Shown here: in pieces, positions 25,636 through 32,210 of the stretch | Numbering within the stretch: the stretch's first letter is position 1 | Layout of the letters: each line of letters begins with the position of its first letter | Assembly (NCBI GenBank): GCA_964462345.1 | Contig: CAYWXC010000001.1 | Location: 1 to 32,210 of the forward strand | Source of the DNA: Candidatus Micrarchaeota archaeon | Lineage (GTDB): Archaea > Micrarchaeota > Micrarchaeia > Micrarchaeales > CABMGC01 | Direction of reading: 5' to 3' | DNA: 32,210 nt | Notes under the pieces: model-generated | What the model was told of the DNA's origin: nothing | Seen by the model: only the letters and a program-made list of their open reading frames with translations | Databases searched by the model: none | Program-made: the position numbers and the translations under genes

Positions 25636-25903
25636 TTTACAAACTTTAATCTGAATTAGAAAAACAAATCACAGCGGCAAACGCCGCATTTAGTTCCATT
25701 TTATAAAAAGAGTATTGTTGGGTCTATTGACCCAATATCTGAATAAGGATAAGATTAACATTACTAATGCAAGAATAAACATTATCTGCTTTGAATGAAA
25801 TCTGCATAATTTAATTATTTTATTACAGTTATTTAAAGCTTTTCTTCAAAGTGGGGTGTCCCACAACTCCTTAAAAACTTCCACTAATCCCGAAGGATTA
25901 TAA

Positions 25904-26965
25904 TAAGAACTTGACAAATTAATAATCTTATTGTTGAATATGTTCATTGGAGTTTTCTCTCTCTTTTCTGTCGTCGGAAATTGGTAGTGGAGAGTCTCCT
26001 GAGCAACAGATGCAACGAGCGCATCAGTCGCCTGCCAGGAGAAAGACAACATGGAAATATATGAGATAAAGACTAAAATAGTAGAGGTTTGGGCAGCTGC
26101 ACGGATGATCGTGCAGAAGTATGGACATATGAAGAAATTCGCGAAACATATAGTTGCACTTGTGATAAAACAGAACGAGAACTTAAGAGATATCAAACTC
26201 GCAGAGTTCTTGGAGAAGATTCGATTGGCAAAATCCTTGGTTATCGGAAGAAACCAGACACAACGACATTCTCCAAGGTTAGGGAACGTATGGATCCGCA
26301 GATGATGGAAGATCTGCAACTGTGGATTGTTTCAGATCTTCTGAAAGGAAGGCAGGCGAGGTTAATCGCGCAGGACAGTACCGATGTACCTACATATTCG
26401 CAGAAAGACAAGGAAACAAGATGGGGCATAGAACACCTTCTAGAACGGAACAACTACTGTATAAGTCGGATAAAGGCAAGGAGAAGAAATTCTTCTACGG
26501 GTACAAACCACACATGGTTGTTGATGTGGAAACAGATACGCCAATTGCGGTAATGGTAGTTCCAGCAAACATTAATGACAAAAAACTCTTCGAACCTTTG
26601 TATGAGAAAAAGAGGTAGATTGCAGTATTGCAATACCTCGCAAAGTTCCTTGCTGATGCACAGTACCACTCTTCAAAGATAAGGGCCAGACTCAGGAATG
26701 ATGGCGTAACTCATATCATTCCTTTCAATGGGAATCGGTGGCAGAAGACAGAAAAGCCAAATGATCCTGAATATGGGAAAAGATGGGCTGTTGAGCGCGT
26801 CTTCTCAAGGCTGAAGGGGATTTTCGGTCTTGGATTCAACAGGTTTTTTAGCTTCAGAAAGGCCAGGATCCATTCCCTTTCCTGCGTGATCGGATATCTC
26901 CTCAGATACAATATGTGAAGGTTTTGGATTTGACGAGGTGATTGAATGTAAATGTCAAGTTCCTA
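25904..26965 (+). mobile_element. IS4/IS5-superfamily insertion sequence, full length (~1.06 kb) but with a decayed transposase
   Basis: Terminal inverted repeats TAAGAACTTGACA (25904-25916) and TGTCAAGTTCCTA (26953-26965) match at 12/13. The internal transposase reading frames carry DDE and YREK motifs. No target duplication could be recognised. Confidence 0.75.
26051..26918 (+). pseudogene. DDE transposase (IS4/IS5 type) broken by at least two frameshifts and one in-frame TAG
   Basis: Frame 2: ...KLAEFLEK. It shifts at ~26220 to frame 1: ILGYRKKPDTTTFSKV...LIAQDSTDVPTYSQKDKETRWG. It shifts again in the G-run at ~26428 to frame 0: GHRTPS...FFYGYKPHMVVDVETDTPIAVMVVPANINDKK...KKR. TAG at 26616-26618 is followed by ...FLADAQYHS...YGKRWAVERVFSRLKGIFG. 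Confidence 0.75.
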
Positions 26966-27025
26966 CCTTTTAGAGCTCAAGAAAGCCTTTTAATAACAAA
27001 ACCCCAAGTACATTAGAGGGATTCT

Positions 27026-28009
27026 ATGACCTTCGAAAGTGAGAATGATTGGAGAGACGAGATTGCTGATGTCATAATAAAGATAGCGAATCTCATCTCA
27101 TACCTCATATTATTTGAGCTTGATATAGCTATCAAGAGCCAGGGCATACTTGCAAAGGTGTACATGAAGTTGGAGAGCCAGAAAGTAGAACGTGAAGTGG
27201 CTCCTTACATTGGTGCTGTGGTGTTTCTATCATTCAACGGTAAAGAAGTTACCAGAAATAATATAATACCTATAATCAAAGCTGTAGGAATTGAGCCTAG
27301 CGGCAATTACCTGGATTTTGTTTCGTCTCTCAACCTTAAGAATAATATAATCGCATACGCACCAGCAGTATACTTCCTTAAGGTTGTTAGGAAGGATGTG
27401 AATCTTGGAAATTTAATGAAGGTAATAAGTGCCATGGGGATATCTCCTGATGAGGAGATAGGAAGGTATGTTCTTGATGTATACTCCAACTCTGAGAAAC
27501 GGGCTGAAGAGCCTCCAATCACCAAGACCGAAGAGAAGTTCATGAAGATGACAAAATCTGCAGCCATACTGATGGGCAAAGTCATGATAACAGAGCTTGA
27601 CAGAACTTTTGAGCATAATGATATAGAAGAGCATATCAAAAATGGTTTCATACCTTATTTAGCTGCTGTTGGAACCTTGGTTTACGCTGGTAAAGACATC
27701 AATATAATAGGCAGCGAAAAGTTTAATGCGTACATAAGCAATATGATTTCGGCTGTGGGATTCACCATTGATAAGTCGATGCTTGAGTACATATCCTCGT
27801 TCAACTATGGGAACTCTGGATTCTCGTACATATCTGGAATATATTATCTTATAACCGTAGACAAAGAGTTGACCTTGGATAACCTTGTTACAGTTGTCAG
27901 GTCTCTTGGATTGCAGGCTGACGAAGCCCTTGCAGGGTACATACTTACTATCTATAAAGATTACACAAAGAATGAGTTTGGGACAAAAGTCAATAATAAC
28001 CATTCTTAA
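27026..28009 (+). CDS. Protein with four tandem modules resembling the N-terminal domain of archaeal ribosomal stalk protein P1 (L12); the last ~10 codons are IS-derived
   Basis: 327 aa. R1 (61-102) YIGAVVFLSFNGKEVTRNNIIPIIKAVGIEPSGNYLDFVSSL. R2 (111-152) YAPAVYFLKVVRKDVNLGNLMKVISAMGISPDEEIGRYVLDV. R3 (211-258) YLAAVGTLVYAGKDINIIGSEKFNAYISNMISAVGFTIDKSMLEYISS. R4 (268-310) YISGIYYLITVDKELTLDNLVTVVRSLGLQADEALAGYILTIY. Compare the archaeal P1 pattern Y.YAAL.L...GKEI.E.N....L.AAGVE.DE.R...LV.AL. There is no acidic C-terminal tail. Confidence 0.55.
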   Translation: MTFESENDWRDEIADVIIKIANLISYLILFELDIAIKSQGILAKVYMKLESQKVEREVAPYIGAVVFLSFNGKEVTRNNIIPIIKAVGIEPSGNYLDFVSSLNLKNNIIAYAPAVYFLKVVRKDVNLGNLMKVISAMGISPDEEIGRYVLDVYSNSEKRAEEPPITKTEEKFMKMTKSAAILMGKVMITELDRTFEHNDIEEHIKNGFIPYLAAVGTLVYAGKDINIIGSEKFNAYISNMISAVGFTIDKSMLEYISSFNYGNSGFSYISGIYYLITVDKELTLDNLVTVVRSLGLQADEALAGYILTIYKDYTKNEFGTKVNNNHS

Positions 28010-28912
28010 ATATGTTATGAAGCACAGCGATGTAGCTAATCGCGGTATCGATTCTTTCGTCTAGTTTTTGCCACAGTTTCAATCCAAATGCACGTTTATC
28101 AACAGAGAAACCACTCTCGGATCTCTCTCGTTGATAGTAATGAACAAGGTATTGCAATAGATATGACATCATTTGTCTGGATATATCCCTCCATTTAGAT
28201 GATCCATTCACCATCGTATTGCTTTTTGGTATGATGTACAGGATTGTTTCATCATCAAAGCACTTCGGGGTGGAGTGGTAACTGTAGTACCTGTCAAGTC
28301 GTGCGCTGTTAACTTTTATGCCTGACGCTTTTTCTACAGATTCAACATCTTTATTGCGTTATCGAACGCTTCTTTCTCCGAGCTTATCCCAGAATTGTAA
28401 CAGACGTACAATCCTGTTTTTATATCGATAAGCTTCGTCACTGTCAATCTGAAGTCAGCGCCGTCGCCATTCACATCAACTTTTCTACCACAGCTACGTT
28501 TTACTGAGAGAACTAACATATTGTGCATCACCATTCTAACAATGTCATCCTAATATAGCCTTTCAATTGTTTTATAGTAGATGTCGACTCCACAAAACGC
28601 ACCGAAAAGCGACATCAACCCTTCCACCTCGAAAATGGACTTCAAGAGGAGTGCTACTACCTTCTGTTGCAGAGAAAGTTTAGCGGGTCTTCCAAAACAA
28701 GATATATTTACATGTATTATATATACAGCTGATTTTGCAAGGGAATTCGGTTCCCTTGCTACGTATCTTATTTGTTCCGCGTATTCTTTCTCGTATCCCT
28801 TCCAATCCGTAAGATTCTTTGTCAACGTTTTACTGTAAATTTCCATAATGACCTTGAACTCTTTGAATAACCTTCGGAATTGTCTATTCGTTAACCTTTT
28901 GTGTTTTGCCAT
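27990..28912 (-). pseudogene. DDE transposase fragmented into at least three reading frames
   Basis: ORFs 28912-28550, 28534-28334 and 28214-27990, plus my read-through of 28330-28215 (...KASGIKVNSARLDRYYSYHSTPKCFDDETILYIIPKSNT MVNGSSKW...), line up as one gene. The C-terminus HYYQRERSESGFSVDKRAFG...AVLHNI carries Y-2-R-3-E-6-K. Confidence 0.6.
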
Positions 28913-28972
28913 CGCAAGACTATCGGATAGAAAGATATTTAAATATATATTTAATATATATTAAATGATACG

Positions 28973-29140
28973 ATGAAAAAGATAGCTCTCAATAAGAGAA
29001 CAGAATTAAAAGTTCACGGAATTGTCGGATTCATGATAAGAAAAGTAACACCGTTTGGGACTGGTGCAAAGGTAGACTGCCCAAAAGAATACATAGGAAA
29101 AGAAGTTTACCTAATCGTCACTAATAGAAAGATCGATTAA
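28973..29140 (+). CDS. Small IS-associated protein (55 aa), resembling the archaeal 'putative transposon-encoded protein' (DUF2080) family
   Basis: Hand translation: MKKIALNKRTELKVHGIVGFMIRKVTPFGTGAKVDCPKEYIGKEVYLIVTNRKID*. The VTPFG.GAKVD.PKEYIGK.VYLI core matches my recollection of DUF2080. It is too short for the supplied ORF track. Confidence 0.5.
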   Translation: MKKIALNKRTELKVHGIVGFMIRKVTPFGTGAKVDCPKEYIGKEVYLIVTNRKID

Positions 29141-30078
29141 CTACTTTTGTCCCAGAGTCAGGCTCTGTTCCAATCGGAGACTGGTGAAATAGACGACACA
29201 AACCGCTAATTGTTTCGTCGCCTCTTTTATCAAGAATTTCCATCTCTTTTTCTCGGTATTTGCATCAAGATAGTCCATGAGTCCTGCTTTCTCTGCAGGC
29301 GTCATCTTAATTGCAGAATGCCGTCGGATGAAGTTGTAGTAAATAAACAACAGACCAAATTGGACGGCCCTCGTTATTGGATTCTTGAACCCTCTTCTCT
29401 GATGGGTCTTGCTCCTTACAAAATTCTGCAGTCTCTCTGCAAGATTATTATATTTCTTGTCCTCGAAATTCTTACATCTGTGTGTATGGTCATAGTACCA
29501 CTGTACTCCGAATATTTTCTTCAGAACCGCAGGATATTGGAACGCGCCGTCGAAAACCATTAGCAGCGCATTCATGAACTGCCCGATCAACTTTTCTGCA
29601 TCCTTCTTGCGTCTTGTCGGAGAAAAATAGAAGAATGCAAATCTTGTCTCTGCATCAATCGCATCCCACAAATAGAAGAATCGGCCCATCATTTTGAAGA
29701 AAAGTTCATCTATGTTTATCTTCTGAATTATAGTTGGCAAAAGTTTGAAGGTGAATCTACAGAGAAGTTTGCAATATTCGAAAACCCACCTTAAAATACT
29801 GTTTTTTTGAGACGTCTTCGTATATTGCAATGGTTCTCAGACTTGCCCCTCCGCCGACGTAAAGTCCCATACATCTGATTATTAATTCGGGAGCCTTCTG
29901 CTTATGTTTAAATCCGTCGTCAAAACAGAATCTCCTGCCACATTTTCTGCATAGGAACTTCTGTACCTTTCCCCTTTCTTTGGTGGTTCTCGTACCATCC
30001 TTTATTATCTGTGTCGATTTACAATATATACAACTGGCCGTTGTATCGCCTTTGTAACCGGTCGTTACTTATTGGCAT
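29141..30078 (-). pseudogene. IS6-family DDE transposase, interrupted by frameshifts
   Basis: The C-terminal 229-aa frame has DELFFKMMGRFFYLWDAIDAETRF (D), MVFDGAFQYP (D), YNNLAERLQNFVR (E) and YNFIRRHSAI. The Zn-ribbon/HTH N-terminus (CIYCKSTQIIKDG...QKFLCRKCGRRF...LRTIAIYEDVSKK) lies in another frame. The junction is the A7 run at 29803-29809. The Zn-ribbon frame has no start codon, and the only upstream ATG (30078) is in a third frame. Confidence 0.7.
29153..29160. repeat. Left copy of the IS6 target site duplication (CAGAGTCA)
   Basis: Identical octamer directly abutting the IS6 left inverted repeat. Confidence 0.85.
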
Positions 30079-30123
30079 ACAACGATTCAGTCTAAATCAT
30101 CAGCCGTTATTTGGGACAGAGCC
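29161..30123 (-). mobile_element. IS6-family insertion sequence (963 bp) with intact ends and an 8-bp target site duplication
   Basis: The ends are GGCTCTGTTCCAAT... (29161->) and ...ATTTGGGACAGAGCC (->30123). Read inward they are GGCTCTGT(T/C)CCAA, close to the IS6/IS26 consensus GGCACTGTTGCAAA. The element is flanked by identical CAGAGTCA at 29153-29160 and 30124-30131. An 8-bp TSD is the IS6-family hallmark. Confidence 0.85.
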
Positions 30124-30131
30124 CAGAGTCA
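30124..30131. repeat. Right copy of the IS6 target site duplication (CAGAGTCA)
   Basis: Identical octamer directly abutting the IS6 right inverted repeat. Confidence 0.85.
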
Positions 30132-30174
30132 CCAATTACAATATGTTTATATATCAAGAAAAAGAAAATTATCC

Positions 30175-30969
30175 TTGATGAGTAGCATAACACAAAGGGC
30201 CACTACCAAGGCGGAACCTCTTATAAGTATTCAAAGAGTAGGTACAGATGGTAGGAGGTTTAGTGGCAATTTTGATCTCAGGAACATTGCCTACACCCAA
30301 GAGCTCATTAGGGAGGCCGTAGCTGCGTCATGGTCTAAAGCGCTTTCAGAACTGCCTAAAGATAAGGCTGATAGAATAATATCAAAGTTAAACGAGATGA
30401 GTCCAGGCACTGCTGAAAGGTCCAGGACCACATTTAAGGTAACTCCAACTGTCTATCTTATAGGTGGGATGGCAGTCGCATCATATGCACTAGCGACAAT
30501 TTCAGCCATTAATAATGTTGATTCAAATGCACAATTAATCAAAAGCGCAACCACAAGAGGGTCTGATGATCTTGATCTTGTCTGTTTACCTGATCTCTTA
30601 GGGAATGTAACTGTTCCAGGATATTCTTCTATTAAAACATATGAAAGGAATTTAGTAAGGCACATTCCTTCTGTTACTGTTATAGGGGCTCTTAGTTCTG
30701 AAAACGCTTCAATTCTCCCATATCTAGACATATACAGCCCGCATGGAAAGTCTAGGGCAAGATCCATGAATGGAGAGGTATTCCCAATATCTAGCATCAG
30801 ATATACCTTTTCGTTAACTTTTGGAGATGTTACAATCCAGGTAGCTCCAATTGAAGCACTGATGGCAATGAAGCGCATAGCATCTGCAGAAGGCTCTGGC
30901 AGAACCGATAAAGATAGAGAAAAGGACGCGCGCGATCTTACTGCCCTAACTGCGATACAGCGTAGATAA
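30175..30969 (+). CDS. Pol-beta-fold nucleotidyltransferase, AbiEii/DUF1814/MenT-like
   Basis: 264 aa. YLIGGMAVASYA...TRGSDDLDLVC (GG...R.S.DxD), a later YLDIYSPHG, and C-terminal APIEALMAMKRIASAEGSGRTDKDREKDARDLTAL (the K..A...R....KD..D pattern). The likely start is the ATG at 30178. The frame is open upstream to 30058, inside IS6. Confidence 0.5.
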   Translation: MMSSITQRATTKAEPLISIQRVGTDGRRFSGNFDLRNIAYTQELIREAVAASWSKALSELPKDKADRIISKLNEMSPGTAERSRTTFKVTPTVYLIGGMAVASYALATISAINNVDSNAQLIKSATTRGSDDLDLVCLPDLLGNVTVPGYSSIKTYERNLVRHIPSVTVIGALSSENASILPYLDIYSPHGKSRARSMNGEVFPISSIRYTFSLTFGDVTIQVAPIEALMAMKRIASAEGSGRTDKDREKDARDLTALTAIQRR

Positions 30970-30999
30970 TCAGATATTTAATACACAGAGAGGATAATC

Positions 31000-31587
31000 A
31001 TGGCCGAAATCAAGAGAGGAATTGCTTATTATTCAGTTGATGTAGAGACAGCTGGACCATCACCGCTAGTACATAGTATGCTTGCCCTAGGTGCAGTTTA
31101 TATTGATGACTTAGAAAAAAAAGAGTTTTATGTGGAACTAAAGCCCACATCAAACAAGTCTGATCCCAAAGCTTTGAAAGTCAATGGCTTTGATTTATCA
31201 AAACTTATGATTACCGGTCAGGAGCCTGAATCTGCCATGCTCTCATTTTCGGACTGGGTTAAAAAGACCTCTGGCGGTAAAAGGCCTGTTTTCGTTTCGT
31301 ACGGAACATTCGATTGGATGTTTGTGCAGGCTTATCTTTCAAAGTATACTGGAGAGATGCCATTTGGACCTAATGGACTGGACCTAAAATCTTTTGGCAT
31401 GGGCGTACTCAATCTTGAAACGTGGCGGGATACCACAGAGCAAAGGATAATGGATCTGGTAGGATTGAAGAGAGATCCTTTAAATATAGCGCATAATGCC
31501 TTACATGATGCAAGAGAACAAGCAAGACTATTCAATCTATTGCAAGATCTTAGGTCCAAACAACCGAGTACAAAATTAAGAGCATAA
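31000..31587 (+). CDS. DEDDh 3'-5' exonuclease (DnaQ/RNase T superfamily, Rv2179c-like by eye)
   Basis: 195 aa. ExoI YSVDVETAG, ExoII VSYGTFDWMFV, ExoIII HNALHDAREQARLF. Confidence 0.8.
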   Translation: MAEIKRGIAYYSVDVETAGPSPLVHSMLALGAVYIDDLEKKEFYVELKPTSNKSDPKALKVNGFDLSKLMITGQEPESAMLSFSDWVKKTSGGKRPVFVSYGTFDWMFVQAYLSKYTGEMPFGPNGLDLKSFGMGVLNLETWRDTTEQRIMDLVGLKRDPLNIAHNALHDAREQARLFNLLQDLRSKQPSTKLRA

Positions 31588-31639
31588 ATGACCTATTTGA
31601 CTACATGCATTCATGTTTCTATATTAATCAAGTGTGATT

Positions 31640-32210
31640 ATGGCGTCATTAAAAGATGAGGGTCGTGTACCATCTCCCGACAATGTCCTGAATGAAGATG
31701 TGCATTCGCATTACAGTAATTCGGTTCTAAATGAGATAAATACATTTATCTTATCGACAGTCATGGCTCTTGGAGATATTGTTGAACAGAAGATAGCTCC
31801 TTCCAAAATTTCCTTTGTGAGTTTAGAAAATAATTTAGAGGAAGATGCAAAATATGATCCTAATAGCAAAATGCTAATAATCAACCTCAATGCAATATTC
31901 AGGGAGGAAGAAGACAAAAGTATCTTCAATTCCTATCTTAAGATAGCCATATCCCACGAGCTAACACATTATATTACTGATGTTTTGCACGAAAAGGCCT
32001 TTGAGTGGAGGAATATAAGTAAGAATGGAGCCGGGCCAGAAACTTTATTATTTTACATAAGCGATGAAGGTGCTCGCTGTGAGTTCATTGCTGGATTATT
32101 GTCTGGAAGTATAAATACTAAGAAGGGTCTGCATAAATTGATTGAAGATGTCAGCGAGTTAGGGTACAATGAGCAGACAAAGGAAATCTTTGTAGATCTT
32201 TTCAGAATTC
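31640..32210 (+). CDS. HExxH-motif protein (putative zinc metallopeptidase), 5' part only; runs off the window
   Basis: Hand translation from ATG 31640: MASLKDEGRVPSPDNVLNEDVHSHYSNSVLNEINTFIL...NSYLKIAISHELTHYITDVLHEKAFEW...EGARCEFIAGLLSG... It is open to the window end (190 codons). It is absent from the ORF track because no stop lies in the window. Confidence 0.5.
   Translation, partial: MASLKDEGRVPSPDNVLNEDVHSHYSNSVLNEINTFILSTVMALGDIVEQKIAPSKISFVSLENNLEEDAKYDPNSKMLIINLNAIFREEEDKSIFNSYLKIAISHELTHYITDVLHEKAFEWRNISKNGAGPETLLFYISDEGARCEFIAGLLSGSINTKKGLHKLIEDVSELGYNEQTKEIFVDLFRI

Larger units (their letters stand above)
27979..29154 (-). mobile_element. ISH3-like (IS4-superfamily) insertion sequence with divergent transposase and small accessory ORF
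   Basis: Perfect 12-bp terminal inverted repeats: TGGGACAAAAGT (27979-27990) and ACTTTTGTCCCA (29143-29154). A possible 4-5 bp target duplication is GAGT(T) at 27974-27978 and GAGT(C) at 29155-29159. An internal 18-bp AT palindrome, ATTTAATATATATTAAAT (28949-28966), sits between the divergent ORFs. The family call is tentative. Confidence 0.6.

Noticed and set aside
25846-26319. 157-aa minus-strand ORF
   Set aside because: It crosses the IS left end and runs antisense to the transposase N-terminal region, with no recognisable motif.
26616-26618. In-frame TAG in the transposase as possible pyrrolysine or programmed readthrough
   Set aside because: The same gene also has at least two frameshifts, and nothing in the window suggests Pyl machinery. 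Simple pseudogenisation is the economical explanation.
1-32210. CRISPR arrays, rRNA genes, long tandem repeats
   Set aside because: I found no regularly spaced direct repeats and no rRNA-like conserved stretches in any intergenic region. All gaps longer than 150 bp were read on both strands.

Overview
Archaeal chromosomal segment. Markers are TFB, archease, ribosomal proteins uS15 and eS1, a Dpo4-type polymerase and an intron-containing tRNA. G+C is roughly 40% by hand count, intergenic regions are short, and several genes look leaderless. The exact taxon cannot be determined from the sequence alone.

Positions 1-19,400 are mostly housekeeping: a beta-CASP nuclease, trxB, a Y-family polymerase, AMMECR1, an MFS transporter, tRNA-Ile, a Nudix-UDG fusion, an archaeosortase-like protein, archease, tRNA-Cys, a short pyruvate kinase, pheA, an SDR, valS, S15, S3Ae, a tandem Lrp-like regulator, GNAT and DUF488.

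Positions 19,400-32,210 are accessory and IS-rich:
- A slightly GC-richer pentapeptide-repeat gene pair.
- A truncated IS4/IS5-type relic.
- tfb.
- A three-gene operon ending in an S66 LD-carboxypeptidase/MccF-like peptidase, preceded by two orphan genes.
- A second, decayed IS4/IS5-type element.
- A protein built from four ribosomal-stalk-P1-like modules.
- An ISH3-like element with a fragmented transposase.
- An IS6-family element with a perfect 8-bp target duplication.
- An AbiEii/MenT-like nucleotidyltransferase, a DEDDh exonuclease and an HExxH protein, the last running off the window.

The best candidate for an undescribed system is the four-gene cluster at 27026-32210. Removing the two abutting IS insertions makes it contiguous.

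All functional calls come from reading the supplied translations, or my own hand translations, against remembered family motifs. No database search was run.
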